Assembly (NCBI GenBank): GCA_003211955.1
Contig: QCRH01000001.1
Coordinates: 10,092 to 74,091 of the forward strand
Length of the DNA: 64,000 nt
Direction: 5' to 3'
Origin: Prochlorococcus sp. AG-459-O09
Lineage (GTDB): Bacteria; Cyanobacteriota; Cyanobacteriia; PCC-6307; Cyanobiaceae
Below are positions 30,655 to 40,577 of the stretch, one piece after another. Every line of letters begins with the position of its first letter. The stretch's first letter is position 1. The position numbers and the translations under genes are program-made. Under the pieces are notes generated by a model. The model was given only the letters and a program-made list of their open reading frames with translations, ran no database searches and was not told the DNA's origin.

Positions 30655-31866
30655 ATGCCTGAAAACAACCCCCAAGCCGAACAAAAGAATAATAGTTTAC
30701 CTAAAGATCCTGACGATTTTGATCAATCTATTGATATTATTCAAAGACCAGGAAAGTTATGGCTTGCCTCTCTCACAGGAGTAGGTGTGATTACTTTTTT
30801 TTGGTCGATTTTTGGATCTATAAAAATAGAAGAAACTGGACCATCTGTTTTTGTTCCAGAGGGCTCTGTAGCTTTTGCGAGATCAAATGCTTCAATTGGA
30901 ACAGTTAAAGAATTAAAAGTAGAAATTGGTGATTATGTAAAAAAGAATCAGCTTCTTGCAGTTTTAAATGTACCATCAAATTTAAAGTCATTAAAAATCG
31001 CAGAAAATAATTTAGATTTTCAAAAACAAATTGAAAAAGAAAAATATTTATCAGAAATGGTTAGTTTAGATGCTGAGATTAATTCAACTAATGAACTTTT
31101 GAATGTTTACGAAAAAAGATTATCCTCAGCAAAAAAATTAGCAGATGAAAAATTAATACCTGAAGATCGTTATAATAGCGTCTTAGAAAAAACTTCATCT
31201 TTTAAAAATAAATTAAGTGCTCTTCAATCTAGAAAGAGTCAATTGCTACTTAGAAAAAAAGAGGCAATCGAATCAAAAAAAATTACTTTTGAAAGGGAGA
31301 AAAAAAATTATAAACTCGCTTCTCGAGTAACTTCCCCATATAAAGGAAAAGTAATATCTATAAGTACCGCTTTGGGAGAAACAATACAGAAAGGCTCTCC
31401 CTTGGTGCAAGTAGCAAGATCAAATAATACTGAATCAACTAATAAATTAAATTTACGTCATATTGCTTTCTTCCCTGTCGAAGTTGGAAAAAAAATTAGA
31501 TTGGGTATGCCAGTTTTAGTTACACCTTCCACTGTATCAAGAGAGGAATATGGAGGAATTAAAGGATATGTTGCTGATATTTCTCCTTTTCCTATTAGTA
31601 AAGAAAGAATCAAGTCTATTGTTGGAGATGCTTCAACGGTAGATAAAATGAAAGGAGATCAACCAGTTCTAGAAATTAGCTTAAAATTATTAACTGATAA
31701 TAAAACCCCAACAGGTTATGATTGGACTTCTGGTAATGGACCTCTCTCTAACATAAGCCCAGGACTAAGCAGCACCACATATATTAATACAGAAATAAAA
31801 CGACCAATTTCTTTTGCATTACCTTGGATCAAAAACACAATTTTAGGTAAACCTGTAAAAAAATAG
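30655..31866 (+). CDS. NHLP-type bacteriocin secretion membrane-fusion protein (HlyD family)
   Basis: WSIFGSI TM, coiled coil, GKKIRLGMPV.VTPSTV.REEYGGI.G, GYDWTSG.GP. Confidence 0.9.
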   Translation: MPENNPQAEQKNNSLPKDPDDFDQSIDIIQRPGKLWLASLTGVGVITFFWSIFGSIKIEETGPSVFVPEGSVAFARSNASIGTVKELKVEIGDYVKKNQLLAVLNVPSNLKSLKIAENNLDFQKQIEKEKYLSEMVSLDAEINSTNELLNVYEKRLSSAKKLADEKLIPEDRYNSVLEKTSSFKNKLSALQSRKSQLLLRKKEAIESKKITFEREKKNYKLASRVTSPYKGKVISISTALGETIQKGSPLVQVARSNNTESTNKLNLRHIAFFPVEVGKKIRLGMPVLVTPSTVSREEYGGIKGYVADISPFPISKERIKSIVGDASTVDKMKGDQPVLEISLKLLTDNKTPTGYDWTSGNGPLSNISPGLSSTTYINTEIKRPISFALPWIKNTILGKPVKK

Positions 31867-31907
31867 TTTTATGTTAATTTTCAAAGTTATTTCTTACAAT
31901 TAAAATC

Positions 31908-34058
31908 ATGATTAGGAATAAGGTTCCCCAAGTTTATCAATTAGAGGCTGTTGAATGTGGAGCAGCAAGCCTAAACATGATTTTAGGTTATTTCAAAAGG
32001 TGGGAAACTCTCCCCGCACTTAGATTAGCTTTAGGAGTATCAAGGGATGGTGCAAAAGCTTCCAGGATAGTTGCTGCAGCAAGACAATATGGCTTGAAAC
32101 CACTTCCAAAAAGGATTCAAAACGCTGAAGAATTTTTTCAAGCAAGTTTCCCAGCAGTTGCATTCTGGAGCAATAACCATTTTATTGTTGTGGAAGGATA
32201 TGATAAAAAAAATATTTTTGTTAAAGACCCTGCTCAGGGTCCTAAAAAGTATAAATACCAAGATTTTTTTCAAACTTTTTCTGGAGTTTTAATTTCCTTC
32301 GAAAAAACAGCAAATTTCAAAGAGGGTGGTGTTAAACCTAAACCTTTATTGAAAATTCTTGAAAGACTAAAAGGTAATGAAAATGTTATTTACTCTGCAG
32401 CATTACTAGGATTGTTAGGAGTAATTCCTGGAGTTATCATATCTATTACTTCTGGGGAATTTATAGATCAGGTATTTGTTCAGCAGCGTTCCAATTGGAT
32501 TAATCCGATGCTTTGGATTATTGGAAGCGCAGCTGTGTTTAATTATCTCATAACTCTTATAAGACAAAACTTTGTAAGAAATTTACAAAAGAAATTAGAA
32601 ATCATTAATAGTTATGATTTTCTTAAAAGATTAATAAGTCTACCTTTATCGTTCTTTAGACAGAGGAGGGTTGGAGATACAATCTCAAGAATAGATGAAT
32701 CAGATTCAATAGCAGTAACCCTTACTCAAGAGCTTGGCCAAGCTTTAAGTGATTTATTTTCAGTCTTGATTTTTGGGTTAGTAATGTTTTCATTAAATCC
32801 TTTACTCTTTTTTACATTTTTAGTCATTATTGCAATAAATTTTTTGTTTGTTTCAAAAGTATCCGATTCATTAGCCGATACAGAAAGCGCGGTTATGAGA
32901 GCTACCGGATTTGCTGCATCAGCGGGATATAGCGGACTCCTTACAATGAATTCAATTAAAGCAAGTAATTCTGAAAATGGTTGGTACACAAAATGGGCAG
33001 GATATTTTGCAAAATATATAAATGAGTCGCAAAAACTATCAGTTCTCAATAATAAACTTGCTCTTACAACTGGTTTAGTAGAGACTGCCCAAGAAATTTT
33101 AATTATTATTGGCGGTATTGTAAGCATTATCAATGGATGGATGTCTCTTGGGGAGTGGGTCTCTTTTACTTTTCTCAGAGATTATTTCTTGGGACCTGTA
33201 AATGGTTTAGTCTCCTTTGCAACATCTATTCCAGGTTTGTATTCACAAATTAGAAGATTAGACGATGTATTGCTTTATCCAATATCAGATTCAGAAAAAT
33301 TAAGTATTTCAACATCTAACGACTCAAGAACTGAAAAATTATCTGGATTAATTGAAGTTAAAAATTTAACTTTTGGTTTTTCAGCTTATGATCCGCCACT
33401 AATAAAAGATGTTAATTTTTCAATTAAATCTGGAGAACATATATGCGTAGTCGGGAAACAGGGGACTGGAACTTCTACTCTTTTGGGTCTTCTAATGGGC
33501 AGTTATATTCCTTGGGAGGGTTCTATAAGTTTTGATAAAATCGAATCACAAAATATTCCAAAAAGTTTATTTGAAAGTTCTGTTAAATTAGCACTTCAAA
33601 ATTCCATTATTTTTAATGACACAATCAAAAATAATATTACTGGAGTATTCAATACTTCTATAAATAATTCATTTATATATGAAATGTGTAGGATTGCAAA
33701 ATCTGATGATTTTATTTTTGAAAATAATGAAGGTTTGGAGAGAGTAATGAGTCAAGATGGTGGAAATATTTCTGGTGGTGAAAAGCAATTATTAGATATT
33801 ACCAGAGTATTAGTGAGTGAACCAACCATAATACTATTAGATCAAGCCCTTAATTCTATGGATTTAGTACTTCAAGATATGGTAATGAAAAATATATTAT
33901 CTCTTGAAAAAACAATTATTAACGCAACTAGGAATAAGAATATTTTAAATACTTCAGATAAAGTTCTGTACATTAAGGACGATGGTTTAGTTATCAGCTC
34001 AACTCATGAAGAGCTTATTAAATCTGATAGCGAATACCTTGAGTTGATTTCGAATTAA
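31908..34058 (+). CDS. NHLP-type ABC exporter with C39 peptidase domain; degenerate NBD
   Basis: QLEAVECGAASL (Cys), WSNNHFIVV (His), KDPAQG (Asp); NBD motifs GKQGTGTST, ISGGE, LLDQ. Confidence 0.9.
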   Translation: MIRNKVPQVYQLEAVECGAASLNMILGYFKRWETLPALRLALGVSRDGAKASRIVAAARQYGLKPLPKRIQNAEEFFQASFPAVAFWSNNHFIVVEGYDKKNIFVKDPAQGPKKYKYQDFFQTFSGVLISFEKTANFKEGGVKPKPLLKILERLKGNENVIYSAALLGLLGVIPGVIISITSGEFIDQVFVQQRSNWINPMLWIIGSAAVFNYLITLIRQNFVRNLQKKLEIINSYDFLKRLISLPLSFFRQRRVGDTISRIDESDSIAVTLTQELGQALSDLFSVLIFGLVMFSLNPLLFFTFLVIIAINFLFVSKVSDSLADTESAVMRATGFAASAGYSGLLTMNSIKASNSENGWYTKWAGYFAKYINESQKLSVLNNKLALTTGLVETAQEILIIIGGIVSIINGWMSLGEWVSFTFLRDYFLGPVNGLVSFATSIPGLYSQIRRLDDVLLYPISDSEKLSISTSNDSRTEKLSGLIEVKNLTFGFSAYDPPLIKDVNFSIKSGEHICVVGKQGTGTSTLLGLLMGSYIPWEGSISFDKIESQNIPKSLFESSVKLALQNSIIFNDTIKNNITGVFNTSINNSFIYEMCRIAKSDDFIFENNEGLERVMSQDGGNISGGEKQLLDITRVLVSEPTIILLDQALNSMDLVLQDMVMKNILSLEKTIINATRNKNILNTSDKVLYIKDDGLVISSTHEELIKSDSEYLELISN

Positions 34059-34087
34059 CTTGCGAAATTAAATTTTTTTTATTTATT

Positions 34088-36844
34088 ATGTATTCTTCAA
34101 ATCTATCAACAAATCAAAAAATAAAGCTTAATCCTCAAGATCAAGAAGTAAAGGTTTTGAGAGTTAGTTCTTCCAATACAGAATTACTTTTAAGAATTCC
34201 TGACAACGAAAATGGGAGAAACTTTATTGTTTCAAGTTTAAGCGGTCAATTTGATCTTATAATAAGCTCTTTTCAAGAAAAATTACATTATGGTCTATAT
34301 ATAAAGTCACTATCAGAAAATACTAGTTATGAATTGTTAGAAACTGAAGAAGTAAGTGATGACCAATTAATAGAATTATCTTTAACTTACAGCAAAATAT
34401 TTAGAAATTTATTAAACAAAATAATTATTGGAGATTCCTATCATGTCATTGAAACGAGTTTAGATCTTAAAATTGATAAGAATGAATTTTTTAAATTAAC
34501 ATTAAATAAAAATAAATATTTATTAAATACCTCCACCATATTTGCTACTGATGAATTTGTAAAAATAGCTGAGGAAAATAATCTAATTAAAAAAAAGGAA
34601 ACTATAGATTTAGATATTTCTCATTTGAAAGAAATGAATAATTTCTTAGAGGAAATATCATCTGATTATATTGCACTGCAAAAAAGGGAAGAATCAAAAG
34701 AGGTTCAAGATGTTATCAAAGCAGATAATCAAAACTATATCCAGGCAATTGAAAATTTAGATGCATTATTTCATAAACACAAAAAGACTTCAGTAACCTT
34801 AGGCAATGATCCTCTCGAATTAATTAAAGAAATGTGTTTATTATCTAAAATAAATACTGATTTCTTTGACAAAATAGATTTCTCAAAAAATATTTCATTA
34901 GAGGAATTAATTTCTGAAGTAGGGGATATAGGTGGTTATCGATTTAGGCGAATATCTTTAAAAAAGGATTGGAGGAATCAAAGTCATGGAAATTTACTCT
35001 GCATTAACAATTCTGGTGAAGCATTAATAGCTTACGAGAATTCTCCTGCAAAATATGAACTATCTAGTGGATCAGAAGATAGAGATTTCGATAACATTAG
35101 TATTGGGTATGTTTTCTATAAGTCTCTTCCAGATGTAGTTAAGCCCTCTAGTCTTTTTAAATATGCTATTGAAGGCAAGACAACTGATATTGTTTTTGTC
35201 TTTGTAGCAGCAATAACAGGCACAATATTAGGTTTTATACCCCCAATAGTAATTGGTGAATTATTGAATAAAGCTGTTCCTGCTACTGATTTGTCTTTAG
35301 CTATAGAATTTGCGGGCCTTCTTTTTGTAGTTTCTTTTGGAGTAATTTTATTTGATCTTACAAAATCAATTTGTCAAGTGCGTCTTGAATCAATTATTAA
35401 TTCTAATTTGCAATCTGCAGTTTGGGACAGAGTTCTAAGAATAAAACCACAGTTTTTTGCAAAATATAATTCAGGGATTTTGTTAGATAAAATCAACGGT
35501 ATTTCAAGTATTAGAGAATTACTTACTGGAGCTACAACACAGGCAATATTAGATGGTTTATTTGGAATACTACATTTATCCTTAATGTATTTTTATAGTC
35601 CTGAATTAACTGCTATTTCATTATGGATAGTTCTTTTTATAGTGGTAGTAACAATAGTTCATAGAGTTCTAATTACTAAGTCAGTAAGGGGATTAATAAA
35701 AACTGAAGGAGAATTGCAGGGTTTCGCCGCAGAAATAGTAACTGGAATAAACAAAGTAAAAGTCTCTGGATTTCAGTCTGCTTTATTCAGGAAATTTACA
35801 GGTTTATATGCTAAGAGAACATCCTTTAGTCATAGAGTAGAAACAATTAAGGATAGTCAATCAGCAATTCAGGTTTTGTTTCAACCAATATCTACTCTAA
35901 TACTTTATTGGGTCCTAGTCGGAGCAATTTTCAATCCAGATGCAAAATCAAGCATAACGTTAGGGGCTTATTTTGCCTTTAGTGCATCCTTTGGGATATT
36001 ACTATCAGCAGTTACAGAATTATCTGCAGTAATAACAGAAACCTTAGGTGATGTAGATGCTTTATTAAATCATACAAAAGATGTTTTGGAAGCCCCTCTA
36101 GAAAATAATTCGGGTGAATATGCACAATTTGAAAACCCAACTATTAGTTTCAAAAATGTTAGCTTTTCATATGAAAATTCTAAAAATATTATTAGTAATT
36201 TATCTTTTGATATTAAAGCAGGGGAAACCCTGGCTTTGCTAGGCCCTACCGGTAGTGGTAAATCAACAATTGCTAATTTAATTTTATGTTTTGAATTGCC
36301 AACTTCTGGGACGATCTTAATTTCAGGATTTGATATTTCTAAAGTAAATGTAAAATCACTTAGATCGTCTATGTCTGCTGTACTTCAAGGAACAGTGCCA
36401 ATAGCTGGTAACATTTATGATTTTATTACTGGAGGTATTCATATTGAAACCGATTATTTAAATAATATTCTTGATGTTGTAAGCCTTAAAAACTTAACAG
36501 AAAAATTGCCTATGGGTCTTCACACAATTATCTCAGAAAATGGAAGTAATTTTTCTCTCGCTGAAAATGCAAAATTCATTCTTGCAAGAGGTTTAATTAC
36601 AAAACCAAAATTAATAATTCTAGATGAAGTGCTCACCAAATTATCTCAAGAAGAGGTTGATAAAATCCTGTCATATTTGAAAGCTAACAAAATAACAGCA
36701 ATTATATTAGGCCAAGAATTTAATATTGCAAAATTAACAGATAAATTACTTGTTATTGAAAAAGGTAATTCTTATTTCGGAAACTATAACACTGTAGTAA
36801 AAAAATCTAAATTTTTTAAAACTTTGGAACAGTTGTCTAAATGA
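34088..36844 (+). CDS. NHLP-type ABC exporter, peptidase-less partner subunit
   Basis: YRFRRISLKKDW, LQSAVWDRVL, GPTGSGKST, LPMGLHT, IILDE. Confidence 0.88.
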   Translation: MYSSNLSTNQKIKLNPQDQEVKVLRVSSSNTELLLRIPDNENGRNFIVSSLSGQFDLIISSFQEKLHYGLYIKSLSENTSYELLETEEVSDDQLIELSLTYSKIFRNLLNKIIIGDSYHVIETSLDLKIDKNEFFKLTLNKNKYLLNTSTIFATDEFVKIAEENNLIKKKETIDLDISHLKEMNNFLEEISSDYIALQKREESKEVQDVIKADNQNYIQAIENLDALFHKHKKTSVTLGNDPLELIKEMCLLSKINTDFFDKIDFSKNISLEELISEVGDIGGYRFRRISLKKDWRNQSHGNLLCINNSGEALIAYENSPAKYELSSGSEDRDFDNISIGYVFYKSLPDVVKPSSLFKYAIEGKTTDIVFVFVAAITGTILGFIPPIVIGELLNKAVPATDLSLAIEFAGLLFVVSFGVILFDLTKSICQVRLESIINSNLQSAVWDRVLRIKPQFFAKYNSGILLDKINGISSIRELLTGATTQAILDGLFGILHLSLMYFYSPELTAISLWIVLFIVVVTIVHRVLITKSVRGLIKTEGELQGFAAEIVTGINKVKVSGFQSALFRKFTGLYAKRTSFSHRVETIKDSQSAIQVLFQPISTLILYWVLVGAIFNPDAKSSITLGAYFAFSASFGILLSAVTELSAVITETLGDVDALLNHTKDVLEAPLENNSGEYAQFENPTISFKNVSFSYENSKNIISNLSFDIKAGETLALLGPTGSGKSTIANLILCFELPTSGTILISGFDISKVNVKSLRSSMSAVLQGTVPIAGNIYDFITGGIHIETDYLNNILDVVSLKNLTEKLPMGLHTIISENGSNFSLAENAKFILARGLITKPKLIILDEVLTKLSQEEVDKILSYLKANKITAIILGQEFNIAKLTDKLLVIEKGNSYFGNYNTVVKKSKFFKTLEQLSK

Positions 36845-38034
36845 CATTTTATCCAAAATCATTTAGTCATTTTATAAGAGATTTTTTATTAATTGATGAA
36901 AAAATTTTTAGGGAAGAGTATAGAGACAAAAAATTTAAATATAATTTAAGTACTAATTTTTTAAATAAGTTTAAAAAATTAACTAAAAAAAATATTCAGG
37001 ATCTTCTTTTCTCAAATATTGTTGAAGATAGAGACCTTAGAATAGTAAAGGATGGAGATAGATTAAATACATCTGAATTACCCAAAAAACAAAGAATAAG
37101 AACCTACAGTTTATTAGAAAAGTTTCATAATAATTACAGTATAATTTTGTATAATGCTCATAAATATTGTGAGGATCTTGCAATTTTTGCACATTATCTT
37201 TCCTGCCATATTTTTGGAGAAGTTTATATAAATTTATATCTCAGTCCGCCAGGATCAACTGCTTTATCTCCTCACTTCGATACTCATGAAGTTTTCGCAA
37301 TACAACTTTATGGAAACAAAAGATGGTTTTTATATGATCAATACAATAAACCACTTATTAACTCTTTCCAACCAAACTTAAAAAATATAGAGTGGAAAGA
37401 ATTAATTGAAATGTTTGAGGGGTCAACACTCTTTATTCCAAGAGGTTTAGTTCACTCAGCAGTTACATTAGAAAATCTTTCAATACATATGACAATATCA
37501 ATTTATCCACCTCAGAAGATAGATCTATGTAAATCTTCATTACTTATAAATTCTAATCTTAATGAAGAATTAAGAGATTTATATGATTTCGACAATCAGC
37601 CTAATTTTGAGATTAAACTCCCAAGACCTGGAGAAGAAGAATTTAAAAAAATTTTATTTTACTTACCTACTCCAGTATCTCAGGGATTATCAAATAATGA
37701 AAATTTAGTATCCCCAACATCATCGTTATCAATTTTTGAGAAGGCAATTACCAAGAATAGTCAGGAATTCATTGATATAAAATTAACATTGACTCATGAA
37801 TCAATTTATTTTCTAGAATTTGATGATTACTATATGGTATTTGACTACAAGTCTAAAGTGTCTTTACCAAAGTCTCTACGAAATTCTGACTCTAAATCAT
37901 ATGATGAATTGATAAAATTCTTAAAAAAACAAGATTCTTCTAATTCATTAAATCTTTCTATCAAATCAAAGAAAATTCTCCTGAAGTTTATAAGAAAAAT
38001 GATACTTGCTAGAATTCTTGAAGAGTCAAATTAA
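36841..38034 (+). CDS. JmjC/cupin 2OG-Fe(II) hydroxylase (RoxA/NO66-like)
   Basis: NLYLSPPG...PHFDTHEVFAIQLYGNKRW...LFIPRGLVHSA (HxD...H); overlaps the upstream stop. Confidence 0.85.
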   Translation: MTFYPKSFSHFIRDFLLIDEKIFREEYRDKKFKYNLSTNFLNKFKKLTKKNIQDLLFSNIVEDRDLRIVKDGDRLNTSELPKKQRIRTYSLLEKFHNNYSIILYNAHKYCEDLAIFAHYLSCHIFGEVYINLYLSPPGSTALSPHFDTHEVFAIQLYGNKRWFLYDQYNKPLINSFQPNLKNIEWKELIEMFEGSTLFIPRGLVHSAVTLENLSIHMTISIYPPQKIDLCKSSLLINSNLNEELRDLYDFDNQPNFEIKLPRPGEEEFKKILFYLPTPVSQGLSNNENLVSPTSSLSIFEKAITKNSQEFIDIKLTLTHESIYFLEFDDYYMVFDYKSKVSLPKSLRNSDSKSYDELIKFLKKQDSSNSLNLSIKSKKILLKFIRKMILARILEESN

Positions 38035-39201
38035 ATGATTAAATTAAAAATTTCAGATTATGGAGGAATCCATTTTAGGGAATTTGATATAAAAAATTTA
38101 AAATTATATCGTCCAAATTCAGAAGAGGAATTTGTTTCATTTTTGAATAAACTTATTACTAAAAAAATCAGTTTTAGTTTTTCAGGGGGGTCTCACACTT
38201 TTAATGGATCAAGTATTCCAGAACCAAATAAATATCATATAGATTTAACTAATTATAGATGGTACAAATGTCATTCAGATAACATCTTGGAAGTTGCATC
38301 GGGATGTACAGTTTGGGACATAAGAGATTTTGTTCAAAGTCTGAAATTAAAACTGAGAGTTTGGAATGGTGGATTTGCGGGTCCCACCATAGGAGGATAC
38401 TTATTATCGGGAGGTTTTGGGAGAAGTGGTTTATCAGAGAAAGATGGTGGACTTTGGGAAATAGTTGAATTTATAAAAGTAATAGTTCCAGCAAATGGAG
38501 TAATAAAAACTATAAGAAAATCTGATGCTATTTTTAAGTGGATATTTGGAAGTAAAGGAACATTAGTAATTATTTCGAGTGTTGGTTTAAGATTAGAAAA
38601 ATTAACTAATAATGAATTACAAAAAGGGGAAAAAGGAATTTTACCTTTTCTTCAACCTATTCTTTATGAACGTCACAAATATCCAGATCTATTTAAATAT
38701 TCACCATTTACATCAGCTGAATCTCAATTTTTAGAATATGGAACCAAACTTTTTTGGTTTTCTCATTTGATTTATCCAGAATCATATGAAAATTCAATAA
38801 AAGTTTTATCTGATTTTCATTATCATAATTCTTCAATTATTAAACCTACTGGAGGGTGGGTCGATGGACCAAGGGAACAAGATAAAAATTTTGGATATAA
38901 ATATTACATTAAACAAAAGAGTTTTATACCACCCCTTCTAATGAATAAAAACCAAGACTTTTTAGTAACTGGTATAATGTCATATTTATCTATTTCCTCT
39001 ACTACAAATATTGAGGAAATTGAAAAGGTCTCAAAAAATTTTATAAACCTAACTATGAATAATGGCTTACGTTTATATCATCAAGCAGAAGATTTTTTTA
39101 ATCTTATAGATTACAAAACTTATTATGATAAAAAAACATGGTCTGAATATATAAATCATAAAAAAACATTAGATCCTTTTAATTTTCTTCCCTCGCTCTA
39201 A
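38035..39201 (+). CDS. FAD-binding oxidoreductase (VAO/PCMH fold)
   Basis: GGSHT (possible His-FAD linkage), PTIGGYLLSGGFG, GSKGTLVII, KKTLDP. Confidence 0.8.
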   Translation: MIKLKISDYGGIHFREFDIKNLKLYRPNSEEEFVSFLNKLITKKISFSFSGGSHTFNGSSIPEPNKYHIDLTNYRWYKCHSDNILEVASGCTVWDIRDFVQSLKLKLRVWNGGFAGPTIGGYLLSGGFGRSGLSEKDGGLWEIVEFIKVIVPANGVIKTIRKSDAIFKWIFGSKGTLVIISSVGLRLEKLTNNELQKGEKGILPFLQPILYERHKYPDLFKYSPFTSAESQFLEYGTKLFWFSHLIYPESYENSIKVLSDFHYHNSSIIKPTGGWVDGPREQDKNFGYKYYIKQKSFIPPLLMNKNQDFLVTGIMSYLSISSTTNIEEIEKVSKNFINLTMNNGLRLYHQAEDFFNLIDYKTYYDKKTWSEYINHKKTLDPFNFLPSL

Positions 39202-39202
39202 A

Positions 39203-40450
39203 ATGACAGATTTGAAAAAATATTTTTGGAATAAAAATGTTAAGGTTGTTCCCTATCACAATAAATATTATTTAACCAACTCTAATCCTTCTAGAAATTC
39301 ATTTATGCCAACAATGGATTTTGAATGTACTGAATTTCTATATTTATTAAGCTTATTTATGATAAAAAAAGAAAAACCTATTTCTTACGATGAATTAAAT
39401 AAATGGTATCAAAACTGCAAAAAAGAAAAATTACCTTTACCAATCTTAATTGAATATTTAAAACGTAAGAGTTTAATGATTTTGGATCAAGATTCTGGAA
39501 ATAATGCAGAGTTATTCTCAGCTTGGGATAGGAATTACTTAGTAGATGATAGGATTTTTTCTACTCCATTAAAAGAACCTACTCCTGGAATTCTTAATAT
39601 ATTTGGTGTCCCTATATGCTCTACTCCAGATTCCTTTGGATCACAGTTTTCTCCCGGTTTAATAAGATCTTTATTGGTGGAGCCATATTATTCAAAAAAT
39701 TATAATAATTGTAAAAGTGATTTTGAAGAATATAATAATCTTCAGATACCATTGGTAAGTGATTTTGGTGATATAAATGTTGAAGGTTCGCCATCTTTAA
39801 TTTGTAATAATTTAGAAAAGAATTTAAAGGAGATAATTAAGTTTAAAAATACTAAAATTATTTTTCTGGGAGGCGACCATTCTATCCTTTCAATATGTGC
39901 TAAAGCTTGTTTCAATGATCAAGAATTTAACTTAATACATTTTGATGCTCATTCTGATGCATCTTTTGTCAATGGAGATATTTTTAATCATGCTAATCCT
40001 ATTAATTACGTTTTAGAGAAATGTCCAAAATCTAGAATTTTTTCGTTTGGTTTAAGAACAGGAGCAGATTTTAGAGAAGTTGAATCAAATGCTCCAAAAC
40101 CAGAACTGACTCATAAAGATAGATTAACCCAATTTTCAATTGATGAGACAATACAATTTATTAATTCAGGATCTTTTGATGATTTATCAATTGATAAAAG
40201 CCTGCCTTGTTATCTTTCCATAGATCTTGATGTTCTTGATCCAAATAAATTCCCCTGGGTATCAACACCTCTGAGGGATGGATTATCTGTCAATGATTTT
40301 TTAAAGCTTTTAGACAAAACATGCGAATCTTTAAATCCTCGTTTTCTAGATATCGTAGAATTAAATCTCATTAAATCAAATGATATAAATAAGCTAGAAA
40401 TAGCTGATTTATTTTTAATGATTATAATTAGATTTGCGAAGCATTTTTAA
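39203..40450 (+). CDS. Arginase/agmatinase-family ureohydrolase with about 125-aa N-terminal extension
   Basis: GGDHS, HFDAHSD and SIDLDVLDP binuclear-metal motifs intact; DIVELN. Confidence 0.87.
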   Translation: MTDLKKYFWNKNVKVVPYHNKYYLTNSNPSRNSFMPTMDFECTEFLYLLSLFMIKKEKPISYDELNKWYQNCKKEKLPLPILIEYLKRKSLMILDQDSGNNAELFSAWDRNYLVDDRIFSTPLKEPTPGILNIFGVPICSTPDSFGSQFSPGLIRSLLVEPYYSKNYNNCKSDFEEYNNLQIPLVSDFGDINVEGSPSLICNNLEKNLKEIIKFKNTKIIFLGGDHSILSICAKACFNDQEFNLIHFDAHSDASFVNGDIFNHANPINYVLEKCPKSRIFSFGLRTGADFREVESNAPKPELTHKDRLTQFSIDETIQFINSGSFDDLSIDKSLPCYLSIDLDVLDPNKFPWVSTPLRDGLSVNDFLKLLDKTCESLNPRFLDIVELNLIKSNDINKLEIADLFLMIIIRFAKHF

Positions 40451-40577
40451 GTTTTAAAAATTTTCTCTAATAATATTTTTATTTATGTTTTGATATGAAA
40501 ACCTTGATTTAAGATTAGAAATTTAAAAAGACTAAATAATTAAAAGTAGTTAAAATTAGATAAAATCTTAATTTTAA

